DNA from: a virus
DNA length: 64,000 bases
Virus record (IMG/VR): IMGVR_UViG_3300050821_007016
Location: 1 to 64,000 of that record
Strand: one strand, 5' to 3'
Positions 35,889-44,058 of the stretch are shown in pieces. The translations under genes were made by a program, and so were the position numbers. Below the pieces are notes generated by a model. The model was not told the origin of the DNA. It saw only the letters and a program-made list of their open reading frames with translations, and did no database searches. Numbering within the stretch: the first letter of the stretch is position 1; the number at the start of each line of letters is the position of its first letter.

Positions 35889-38800
35889 GCCATTCCTCCA
35901 GGTGAATCACGGTGGTGGCGCCGGTCGACAGCGCCTGGGACAGCTTCTCTACCTTGCCAACCTTGAAATAGGTGCGTCCGGCGAAGACTACCTCATCCTC
36001 GCCGCCGTGGACCGACAGCTTCTTGATGTCGGCCGCTCGTGAACTTCCCTTGGTGGGCGTCACGACGAACCGCACGTTGCCGCTAAAGACGCCGTTCGGC
36101 TTCTTCTTGCTTGTGCTCATTAGAGCCTTTTCCTGAATGATATGGCCCTCGGCGTAGTAGGCGATCTGCTCCTGAGACAAGTTCGTGTTGCGGATGAGGG
36201 GTTCGCCCTGGTAGCTCGGCATCGACTTGAGTGCCTTGTTGACCATCGCGACGTAGACGTGCTGGGCCGGGGTCCATTTGTCGGAGCGCAGCGCGGCGTT
36301 GACCTGGCCGAAACCCCCGTCGCTATAGTTCTTTATCAGCGCGCATTCGAAGCCGGAGATCGGGTATCCGTATGCCTCGGCCTCCTTTGCATACTTCTGG
36401 AAGTCCTCGACCAGGTCCGCCTTGCCCATCATCTTCGCCAGAGCGTCGAAGCCCTCGGCCTGGGTCTCGGATATGCCGAGTTCCTTGATGTATTTCTTGT
36501 TCTTTTCGGCCTTTTCCTTGGCGAGCGCGACGGCCTTGTCCGCGAGTGCCTTTGCGTGGGCGGCTGCCTGGGCTTTCTCGGCCTCTAGCTTTGCTGCAGC
36601 TGCCTTTTGCTGTTCGCTCTGCAGCGGCTTCATTGCCTCGACGAGGTCTTTGAAGTCGTTGACCTTCTCTTGCAGCTTATCTGGCGTGGTTTTATTGAGC
36701 CACTTAGCGTTGAACTCGTTGACTAATCCTTGCGCCTTCAGGCTGTCCTGGGGCGCCCCCGGGACATATTGAATTTTCAGCGGCACATTCTTTTTCGCCT
36801 TTTCCAGCTCTCCCGCGGTCGCTGGACCGTGCTTCGTGGCAGGTGGCGGCGCTGGCGCCTTTGGTGGCTCCTGCTTGATCTCGACCTTCTGAGGCTCGGG
36901 TTTCGATTTGGCAGCCTCGGCTTTGGCCGCGGCCAGTTCCTCCGGCGTCATCTTCACGCCCTTGTATTTGGTGACGCCGCCCTCCTTGGTTTTCTCCAAC
37001 TTCATGCCGAGGGTTTTCGCCATCTGAGGCATCGAGATAGTCGGCCAGTTCAGCGCCGCCAGCATCTCCTGCGTCGTAGTCCCCTTCGTGAGCAGGTGCG
37101 CGGCGTGCTCCTTTTTCGATTTGAATGCGGGCGTCGATCCCCCGCCGCCGCCTCCAGAGGTGAACTTGCCATCTGGCGCCCGGGGATGCTTGGACTCCTC
37201 GAAGGAGGCCTCGTCAGTGGCGCCAAAAGGGCCGGCGGCATCGTTAGCCCCGCCTCCCTCTCCGCCTTGCCCGTCGGCCTCTTTCTCGAACTCGGTGGCG
37301 CTCCCTCCCGCGCCCGGCCCGAGCAGGCCCTCCTCGGCCGGCGGCTCCGGCACGTCGTCGGGGTCGAGCCCGGTATAGGGCAGGTCCGGGTCCTCGATGA
37401 TCGCCTTCCTGATCTCGCCCGGCGCCAGCGCGCCCATGTCGACGTACTTCTGGTTGCGGTCGGCGTCGTCCTTCTCCTTCTGGCCCTTCTCCGCCAGCGT
37501 CATCTCGCGCAGCGGCTTCCATGTGAAGGTGATCTCGGGGTCGATCTCGCCCCACAGCGACAGCTGCTCGAAGTTGATGATCCGCCGCAGGTTCGGGTCC
37601 AGCACCCGCTTCTGGTAGGCCGCGATCGTGTCGTCGTAGGTCTTGATCTCGCCCTCGCTCGACGCGTTCAGCCCCGAGGGCTGGATGCCGGTGAACTTCA
37701 CGAGCGGGATGCGGTGCACGCTCGCCATGTGCTCCTGCGCCTGCGCCTGCAGCTCGTGCAGCCCGCTCAGCGGCGCGGACACGTTGGCGAAGTCCTCGGT
37801 CGCTTCGTTGATCACGTAGGTGTTGGCGTTGTCGCGCATCATGTTGAACATCGCGACGCGGGACAGCATCTGCGCCGCGTTGTTGTTGTTCAACAGCGTC
37901 GACAGGTCGGTCTTGAGCACCATCACCGAGAACGAGTGGATCAGCTGCGCCACCGAGGAGCGGGTCTGCAGCCAGATGTCGACGTATGGCTTGGCCATCT
38001 CCGACAGCGATATGCCGCCGAAAGCGTAGGCCGGCTTGAGCATGTCCGGCACCGGGTGCGCGATGAACGTCTGCAGCCGCGAGCCGTGGAACTCCTTGCC
38101 CATCACGAACCAGACCTGCGGGTTGTACCAGTCCGCCCGCGTCGGGTCCCACGCGTTGTAGGCCAGCGGGTAGGTCCAGACCGGCTCGATCGTTTGCAGC
38201 CGCTTGAACGAGCCGGGCGTGACCTTGCTCCGGCTGACTGCGTCATCGGCGACGCCGGTGCCGATCGCCGTCTTCATCTCGTCCGCCGTCGGCTCGATGT
38301 TGTTGGTCCAGATGTCCAGCAGCAGGTGCGACCGGCCGAAGAAGCCGTTGTTGCGCGACTGCGCGTGGAAGCGGTGCGCGACCTCCAGCCGGAGCTGGTC
38401 GTCCTGCAGCGCCTTGACCTTGTCGGTCTTGCCGGCCTCCTTGACGCGCTTCCTCTTCTCGTCCGGATCGGCCATGCGCTCGGCGAAGCCCTCCGGGTCT
38501 TTCTCGGCCTCCTCCTGGTTGGCCTTCTCGTCGCCGACCACATCAAAATCAATCCATTCTCTCGTCGCATCGTCGGCGATCGTCTCGGCCATCACCCGAT
38601 ACTCGGGCCGCTGCGCCAGGGCGCTTAGGAAGCTGTAGCCAAGGAAGCCATTGCCGTCGCCGGGGAAGTTGTCGAAGCTGCCGCCGGCCGCCCACGCGTC
38701 GCTGCAGAAGCTGAGGTTGCCCATCAGGGCGCTGTCCATCGCCATCGACATCGTGGCCGGGACCGCAGCCTTCGGGAAATCCGGCAGCCGGAACGGCGAG

Positions 38801-39333
38801 TTGTCCCTGGTGCGCTCGACGCGCTGCGAGTAGCGCTCGAAGACCTCGGTGATCTGCGGCAGCATCTCCATCCAGCGGTTGGGATCGACCTTATCTTTTG
38901 GCTCGGCTGGTACGGTTTCCGACATGATAGACGTAGGAGCCGGAGATGCTGGCGTTATCGGTGCTTCTTCTGATTTATGGTGGCGAGCGCCGCCCCATTG
39001 GGGGCCATGATGAACCTTCTTGATCTTAAGATGCTCTCTGAACATCTTTGCTTCGATCGCTTCGATCACCTCTAGCGGCGTTTTGCTTACCCATTCCCCT
39101 ACCGTTTTGGCGTCCGTTTTCAGGTCGGAGATTATCTCCCATTCGAACCGAGTAGCCGTCTCCTGGTCGGGCATCTCATAGGCGGCGAAAATCTTCAGCT
39201 TATGGCCGTTGCCGGTCTGCAGCTGCCGAAGCCTCTTGTCGATGTCGCGGTAGGTGAGGCCGATTTTGGTAACGCGGTGACCGCGAGAACGCGCGATGAC
39301 GTAGAGCTTGGGAACCTCGACCGTTTCCGTCAT
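35878..39333 (-). CDS. Portal protein (DUF1073) fused to N-terminal GIY-YIG and C-terminal wHTH plus ADP-ribosyltransferase domains
   Basis: LYVI...TKIGLT...RLRQLQTGN...E...GEW (T5orf172-type GIY-YIG). FLGY..L..LAQRPEYR, IEPVWTYP, LKPAYAFGGISL, IPLVKFTGIQPSGLNASSEGEI (portal). Y...F..VNAALR, LIR, MSTS, EDEVVF (R-STS-ExE ART). Confidence 0.9.
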   Translation of the reverse strand: MTETVEVPKLYVIARSRGHRVTKIGLTYRDIDKRLRQLQTGNGHKLKIFAAYEMPDQETATRFEWEIISDLKTDAKTVGEWVSKTPLEVIEAIEAKMFREHLKIKKVHHGPQWGGARHHKSEEAPITPASPAPTSIMSETVPAEPKDKVDPNRWMEMLPQITEVFERYSQRVERTRDNSPFRLPDFPKAAVPATMSMAMDSALMGNLSFCSDAWAAGGSFDNFPGDGNGFLGYSFLSALAQRPEYRVMAETIADDATREWIDFDVVGDEKANQEEAEKDPEGFAERMADPDEKRKRVKEAGKTDKVKALQDDQLRLEVAHRFHAQSRNNGFFGRSHLLLDIWTNNIEPTADEMKTAIGTGVADDAVSRSKVTPGSFKRLQTIEPVWTYPLAYNAWDPTRADWYNPQVWFVMGKEFHGSRLQTFIAHPVPDMLKPAYAFGGISLSEMAKPYVDIWLQTRSSVAQLIHSFSVMVLKTDLSTLLNNNNAAQMLSRVAMFNMMRDNANTYVINEATEDFANVSAPLSGLHELQAQAQEHMASVHRIPLVKFTGIQPSGLNASSEGEIKTYDDTIAAYQKRVLDPNLRRIINFEQLSLWGEIDPEITFTWKPLREMTLAEKGQKEKDDADRNQKYVDMGALAPGEIRKAIIEDPDLPYTGLDPDDVPEPPAEEGLLGPGAGGSATEFEKEADGQGGEGGGANDAAGPFGATDEASFEESKHPRAPDGKFTSGGGGGGSTPAFKSKKEHAAHLLTKGTTTQEMLAALNWPTISMPQMAKTLGMKLEKTKEGGVTKYKGVKMTPEELAAAKAEAAKSKPEPQKVEIKQEPPKAPAPPPATKHGPATAGELEKAKKNVPLKIQYVPGAPQDSLKAQGLVNEFNAKWLNKTTPDKLQEKVNDFKDLVEAMKPLQSEQQKAAAAKLEAEKAQAAAHAKALADKAVALAKEKAEKNKKYIKELGISETQAEGFDALAKMMGKADLVEDFQKYAKEAEAYGYPISGFECALIKNYSDGGFGQVNAALRSDKWTPAQHVYVAMVNKALKSMPSYQGEPLIRNTNLSQEQIAYYAEGHIIQEKALMSTSKKKPNGVFSGNVRFVVTPTKGSSRAADIKKLSVHGGEDEVVFAGRTYFKVGKVEKLSQALSTGATTVIHLEEWHEL

Positions 39334-39390
39334 TCGAATCGTTCTCTTGGTTCAAGATGAAACGGCATCTTGCATCAAGATGAACGTCGG

Positions 39391-39870
39391 TCAATGCCGG
39401 CGATGATGCCGCGGGCACGCTACCTGGTACCCGAAGGGCCATCCGACGTAGCAGATTTCAGAGCCGCCTCCGCCCGATCCGCCACTGTAAGCGCCACCCG
39501 AACCGCCACCAGCGCCGCCAGCTCCACCGCCTCCACCACCAGCTCCAGCGCCAGCGCCGCCTCCCGCGCCTCCAGAGCCAGCTCCCGCGCCGCCTCCTCC
39601 ACCAGCACCGCCGCCACCTGAACCTCCACCGCCGCCAGCGCCCGCGCCTCCGCCTCCTGAACCCCCTCCAGAACCGCCACCGCCGCCTCCTGAGCCGCCT
39701 CCGCCTCCCCCGCCACCTGACCCGCCCCCTCCGCCGCCGGAGCCACCACCGGCCCCGCCACCGCCACCAGCGCCGCAACCAGCGCCGCCTCCCCCACCGC
39801 CGCCCCCGTGCGCGAGCGCGGGGCCGGCCAAAAGGATCAGCGTGAGGGTAGCGGCGAGGAGCTTCTTCAT
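39391..39870 (-). CDS. Secreted glycine-rich protein
   Basis: Start ATG 39870 with GGAGG RBS; MKKLLAATLTLILLAGPALA| then >100 aa of Gly/Ala/Ser, ending ICYVGWPFGYQVACPRHHRRH. Confidence 0.7.
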   Translation of the reverse strand: MKKLLAATLTLILLAGPALAHGGGGGGGGAGCGAGGGGGAGGGSGGGGGGSGGGGGGGGSGGGGGGSGGGSGGGGAGAGGGGGSGGGGAGGGGGAGAGSGGAGGGAGAGAGGGGGGAGGAGGGSGGAYSGGSGGGGSEICYVGWPFGYQVACPRHHRRH

Positions 39871-39974
39871 ATCCAGCCTCCAGTAAGCCAGTGCGCGATG
39901 ACCAGCACCGCGATGACCACGAGCACCCAGAAGCCGAAGGCGACCAGGGCGGCCTCGCGGTCGTTCAGGTCCAT
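39867..39974 (-). CDS. 35-aa single-TM protein
   Basis: MDLNDREAALVAFGFWVLVVIAVLVIAHWLTGGWI; overlaps both neighbours. Confidence 0.55.
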   Translation of the reverse strand: MDLNDREAALVAFGFWVLVVIAVLVIAHWLTGGWI

Positions 39975-40393
39975 CAGGACGCGGTTGCGACGATCTGGAC
40001 AGAACCGAGGACTTGCGGCGCGGCGTCGACCTCAACGTCGATCAAGGCCGAGAAGCTGGCACCGCCCACCGCTAGCGCGACGCTGACGACGTCGGTTCCG
40101 GCCGCGAGCGCGACGCCGGTGGCCGTCAGGCCGTCCGCGGACGCCGTGACCGTCTCCGTGGCAGGCGTGGTGTTCGTCCAGGCCGGGGCCGCGTCGGGCT
40201 TCGGCGTGACGATCATGGGATTGCCGTTCGTGTCGAAGAACGCCAGCGAATACGCGACCGAGTGACCGACCGTTACCTTGATGCCCATGATGTGTCTCCG
40301 ATTCGGGTGAGGATGATGGTGATGCCGAACGTGCGCGATGATTACCACACTTTTCAAGACCTGGCGGCGACGGTGGAGGAATTGACTCAGCAT
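39974..40393 (-). CDS. Ig-like (Big_2-type) domain protein with His-rich leader
   Basis: D.NGNP...W......TV..SADGLTA.....G...V.V. Two in-frame starts with RBS (40393 and 40288). Confidence 0.65.
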   Translation of the reverse strand: MLSQFLHRRRQVLKSVVIIAHVRHHHHPHPNRRHIMGIKVTVGHSVAYSLAFFDTNGNPMIVTPKPDAAPAWTNTTPATETVTASADGLTATGVALAAGTDVVSVALAVGGASFSALIDVEVDAAPQVLGSVQIVATAS

Positions 40394-40596
40394 TATTTTG
40401 TCTCCCCGATGGACGGCCTGGTCCTTGGCGCATGCTCGCTCTGGACCATGAGCCTGTCGCCGTAGCGCTTGCGAAGGGTCTGCTGCCGGGTTCGGTGGCA
40501 CTTCTTGCATTTCCCCATCTTACCGTCGCTATTGCCATCGGCGGCGTAGTAGTCGTCGAGGGGTTTGCGCTGGAGGCAGTGGCTGCATGTTTTCAT
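40393..40596 (-). CDS. Small zinc-finger protein (HNH/EndoVII-associated type)
   Basis: MKTCSHC...KPL..YY......DG....CKKC. Confidence 0.6.
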   Translation of the reverse strand: MKTCSHCLQRKPLDDYYAADGNSDGKMGKCKKCHRTRQQTLRKRYGDRLMVQSEHAPRTRPSIGETK

Positions 40597-40799
40597 GTCC
40601 AGCTCCCGTCGATGCCTGCCAGCAGCATCTTCCACGATAACTGCATGGCCTCGAACGATGCCTCGCAGAGCAGGGCGACTTCGTCCTTGCGCTTCGGTAG
40701 CGGGAGGATGGTGGCCTCGGCGTCGATCGAGCCGCGCCTCATAGCCTTCTCGATCGGGAATCGGATCAGGGTCGCGGTCATGAGCTTGTGTGTCCGCAC
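40593..40799 (-). CDS. Hypothetical protein
   Basis: Coupled ORF. Confidence 0.4.
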   Translation of the reverse strand: MRTHKLMTATLIRFPIEKAMRRGSIDAEATILPLPKRKDEVALLCEASFEAMQLSWKMLLAGIDGSWT

Positions 40800-41017
40800 C
40801 AGGGAGGGGAATAGCCGGCTCCGGGAGAGGCCTCGCGGGCCTCCTGCTCCTCCTTTTTCCGCCGCTTGATCTCGTCGTCCATCTTGACCTGGACGGCCGT
40901 GAGGCCCTGCAAGAATCCAATTTTGTAGGCGAGGGCATAATTACGGCCAACATGCTCTGTGCTGATCTCTAAGAGCCAGCCGTCGATCTGCTCGTTGGTG
41001 AATGTTTCGGTCGTCAT
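40778..41017 (-). CDS. Hypothetical protein
   Basis: ATGA-coupled start at 41017. Confidence 0.5.
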   Translation of the reverse strand: MTTETFTNEQIDGWLLEISTEHVGRNYALAYKIGFLQGLTAVQVKMDDEIKRRKKEEQEAREASPGAGYSPPWCGHTSS

Positions 41018-41271
41018 TGCATCGTTCCCTTCACCGTTTTTACCGCCTGGCGCTTTCCGTTTGTCGCTAGGGTCTCCTGGATGTAGTGGACGATCCAGTC
41101 GATCCTCCAGTCCTGTTGCTCCACATCGGCGTCGCACGCGTTAATGATGTTGTTCGCCAGGACAAGGCATAAAGCCGCGGAGTAGTGATTCCCCGGCAAT
41201 CCATCCGGCCACGGGAGAACCGAGGCCTGGATTTTCTTCGCCAACTCCTCGACGATCTTAGGGTCGAGCAT
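41014..41271 (-). CDS. Hypothetical protein
   Basis: ORF track; coupled. Confidence 0.5.
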   Translation of the reverse strand: MLDPKIVEELAKKIQASVLPWPDGLPGNHYSAALCLVLANNIINACDADVEQQDWRIDWIVHYIQETLATNGKRQAVKTVKGTMQ

Positions 41272-41272
41272 C

Positions 41273-41971
41273 TCAGGTCCCCGTGATGTAGCGCCGCACC
41301 TTGGTCAGGTAGCTCTCGTGGTACGGCTTGTCCTCGTCCTCGTCGCCGTCCCAATACTCTGTCTCGTCGTAGTCGTCCGACCACGCAGAGGCCGAGGATG
41401 CGATCGCTTCCTGCTTCTGGCGCTCGCGCTCCTGCCGTGCCTTGAGGCTGTTGTCCGGCTCAAAGAAACTAACGACCGGCGGATCGTAGACGCCGTCGAC
41501 GATTCGCCACGTCTCGATCAGCTGGATCGGCGGGCCATTGTCGACCTTGTCGAGGCACAACATATCGATGTGGACCGGAATCCTGGACAGCTCCGGCCGC
41601 GTGTAGTCGATCGCGATGTTGATGGGGCTGGTCGGCACCGACAGCAGCATATCCTCGTCCGCCAGCGCTCGCCATCGATAGCAACCGCGTATGTTAATGC
41701 CCATGTAGTGCAGGTCCGGCTCGGCTACGTTCAGGCGCCTCACGTGGATGAGCGCGGCGCCGTCGGAAGCCAGCAGCGCGCGGCCCTTCGGGTCGAGCGG
41801 CAGCTCGAAGCCGACCATCATGTCGTAAATCTTGCGGCGCAGGTACGGGTGCGGCGAGGGCAGCCGCACCAGCTCGTTCGCCGGCACCATCGGAACGGCG
41901 AACGTCGCCGCGGTCGCTGCGGCGGCCAGCAGGAAGAAGCGTCGGCTGATCTGGACGGGCTCGTTGCTCAT
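41273..41971 (-). CDS. Tat-signal protein paralogous to the 25250..25732 product
   Basis: SRRFFLLAAAATAA twin-arginine leader; GINIRGCYRWRAL motif; AAGGTG RBS. Confidence 0.7.
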   Translation of the reverse strand: MSNEPVQISRRFFLLAAAATAATFAVPMVPANELVRLPSPHPYLRRKIYDMMVGFELPLDPKGRALLASDGAALIHVRRLNVAEPDLHYMGINIRGCYRWRALADEDMLLSVPTSPINIAIDYTRPELSRIPVHIDMLCLDKVDNGPPIQLIETWRIVDGVYDPPVVSFFEPDNSLKARQERERQKQEAIASSASAWSDDYDETEYWDGDEDEDKPYHESYLTKVRRYITGT

Positions 41972-42084
41972 TGTTCACCTTCCTCCGAGCGTGTAGCCGA
42001 TCAGCGCCATGAAAAGCAGGAGGATGCCGCCGATCATGCCGACGTTGAACATTAGATTTGCCAGATGATGTGCCATCCCGCCAG

Positions 42085-42105
42085 CTTAGGAACTTTTTTC
42101 CCCAA
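42085..42105 (-). promoter_or_regulatory. Operator-like repeat TTGGGGAAAAAAGTTCCTAAG
   Basis: 20 bp identical to 57791-57810; intergenic, upstream of the head/tail genes. Confidence 0.7.
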
Positions 42106-42215
42106 AAGCTAGAGCTTCTTTGACCTCTATCCAGTGCGGCCATCGCTCGCCGAGGCAGGCGCCCTTCCCGCTTCGGGGGCTGGCGCGGCATTTTAAAATC
42201 CATTTAAAATCACTT

Positions 42216-43886
42216 TTAAATCCGGCCGGCCCGCGCGATCTGCTGCAGCATCGATCCGGTCACCTCGATCGGCTCCGGCGGCATCGGCGCGTAGCGGATC
42301 ACGACCGCGTCCGCCTGGTTCGGGCTCTTGGTGCCCTCCGGCTTCTTTTCGATCACGATCTTGCCGAGGTCGTTCTGCTTGTAGGTCGCCTGCGACAGCT
42401 CCGCCACCAGCTTCATCAGGTTCGGGTTGTTGCGGCTGAGCGAGACCATGTCGTCGACCTTGCACGGCGTGCCCTCGGCGCCGCCGGTCTCCATGTGCCG
42501 CACGGCGCGGTAGGTCTTCTGAAATCGCTTCCGCAGCGCCCACCACGATTGTGCCTTGTGGTTGGCGAAGTAATCCTCGTTAGTGCGGCCGGTGTCTCCC
42601 GAGAGGCCGATCGTGCCCTCGACGATGCCCTCCGGGTCCACCACACCCACCGAGCCTCGGTAGCCTATGGCCTTGACCATCCGAGCCTTGGCCCGCTGGC
42701 GCCGCTCGTTGATCACCCTGGAGTCGCCGCCCACGCCAGCCCCGAGGCCGTCGGCGTCGTAGCGGAACTCGGTCAGCTCGTGGTCATCGCAGAGGTCGAA
42801 CACGTACTCCGTCGACGAGAAGATGTCCGAGCCCTTGCCGCTCCACTCCTCGGTCTCCAGCACCTCGATGCCCTTGCAGATGCAGACCGCGTTCTTGTCA
42901 TCGCCCTCGTCGGCCACGTCGAACGCGATCGCCTTGCGCCCAGCCGGCGCGATGCCGAGCTTCTCGCAGGCGCCGATCGCCGCGCGCACCCAGATGCCGG
43001 GGATCACCACGCCCTTGACAGAGGCCGCGTAGTCGCGGTCGATCTCCTGCGCCACCACGACCGGGTCTAGCTCCGCGCACTGCTTGTCGTACCACGCCTG
43101 GTCCTTCCGAGGGTCGTCGCGCCAGTCGAAGATGAACACGTCGATCTTGCCGCCCCAGCGCTTCTGGGCGAACGGGTTCGCCATGCCGCGCACCGACGAC
43201 ATGTCGATCCGGCAGTTGGTGGTCTGCGACAGCGAGGCCTCGACCAGCTCGGGCCGCGGCAGATGGGCCGCCTCGTCCACGAAGTAGATGCTGGTGCGGT
43301 CGCCGCGGCCGATGTCGTCGCCGCCTTCTCCCGCGATCAGCGAGCCGGTGTTCGGGAACGTGATCCGCATGAACGGGGCGTCGCGCCACGCCACCCAGTC
43401 GCCCTTGAACTCAATGGGCAGGTTTTCCATGAAGGTCCGGCCCTTGGGGAAGATAGGCTTGAGCGTACCGATCTTGTCGACGTACTCGCCCTTGCGCGAA
43501 CCGAACCCGATCGACAGCCCCTCGTAGAGCAGGCAGAGCGTGCATGACAGCGCCATCGACAGCCAGGTCGCGCCCACGTCGCGGGACTTCTCGATCAGGC
43601 CGGGGCGGCGGTTGCGCCACTTGTCGATCACGTACTCGACGAACTCGCGCTGCTTCGGGAACATGATGAAAGGGATCGCCGCCGGCAGGCCGATCTCGAC
43701 GTTGCGCGGTTCGTGCATCATGCCCCAGTCGCAGATGAAGTCGGCCGGCGCGGTGCGGTAGTGGTCCATGTAGGCCGGCACGACCTCGGGGTGCTCGCGC
43801 AGCCGCTTCAGGTTTTCCATGCGGGTGTTCATCGCCAGCGCGTAGTCGGGGTTCTTCCAGTCCCACTTGATCGGCTTAAGCAACAT
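42216..43886 (-). CDS. terL: Terminase large subunit
   Basis: IEKSRDVGATW (Walker A-like), YFVDEAAH (Walker B), FDVADEGDD and YDADGLGAGV (RNase H fold), KSPNQADA. Confidence 0.95.
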   Translation of the reverse strand: MLLKPIKWDWKNPDYALAMNTRMENLKRLREHPEVVPAYMDHYRTAPADFICDWGMMHEPRNVEIGLPAAIPFIMFPKQREFVEYVIDKWRNRRPGLIEKSRDVGATWLSMALSCTLCLLYEGLSIGFGSRKGEYVDKIGTLKPIFPKGRTFMENLPIEFKGDWVAWRDAPFMRITFPNTGSLIAGEGGDDIGRGDRTSIYFVDEAAHLPRPELVEASLSQTTNCRIDMSSVRGMANPFAQKRWGGKIDVFIFDWRDDPRKDQAWYDKQCAELDPVVVAQEIDRDYAASVKGVVIPGIWVRAAIGACEKLGIAPAGRKAIAFDVADEGDDKNAVCICKGIEVLETEEWSGKGSDIFSSTEYVFDLCDDHELTEFRYDADGLGAGVGGDSRVINERRQRAKARMVKAIGYRGSVGVVDPEGIVEGTIGLSGDTGRTNEDYFANHKAQSWWALRKRFQKTYRAVRHMETGGAEGTPCKVDDMVSLSRNNPNLMKLVAELSQATYKQNDLGKIVIEKKPEGTKSPNQADAVVIRYAPMPPEPIEVTGSMLQQIARAGRI

Positions 43887-44058
43887 TCCAGGGACCAAAA
43901 TCGTTGGCGATTGGCCAGAACGCCCCGTCGGATACCGGCCACCGAAAGCAGGCGATGGTCACGGTCGAGCCCGCGGTTATGATCCAGCGCAGCCTGAACT
44001 CGGCGATCGCCTGGTTCGACGCGTCCTTCCATGCCGGGTAGAAGAACAGGTCGATCAT
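43876..44058 (-). CDS. Hypothetical protein
   Basis: ATGA-coupled; GGTGAGG RBS. Confidence 0.45.
   Translation of the reverse strand: MIDLFFYPAWKDASNQAIAEFRLRWIITAGSTVTIACFRWPVSDGAFWPIANDFGPWNVA

Noticed and set aside
36730-38628. 632-aa plus-strand ORF, and similar long ORFs such as 9541-10788, 16090-17706, 17232-18593 and 22377-23528
   Set aside because: These are shadow frames of high-GC genes: Arg/Gly/Pro-rich, without motifs, and overlapping well-supported CDSs.
38900-39333. Intron- or intein-encoded homing endonuclease in the portal
   Set aside because: The GIY-YIG domain is at the extreme N-terminus with no upstream exon and no Cys/Ser...His-Asn splice motifs, so I treated it as a fusion.
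39391-39870. Microcin B17-like Gly-rich precursor
   Set aside because: It has a Sec signal rather than a leader peptide, few Ser/Cys heterocyclisation sites, and no YcaO/dehydrogenase genes nearby.
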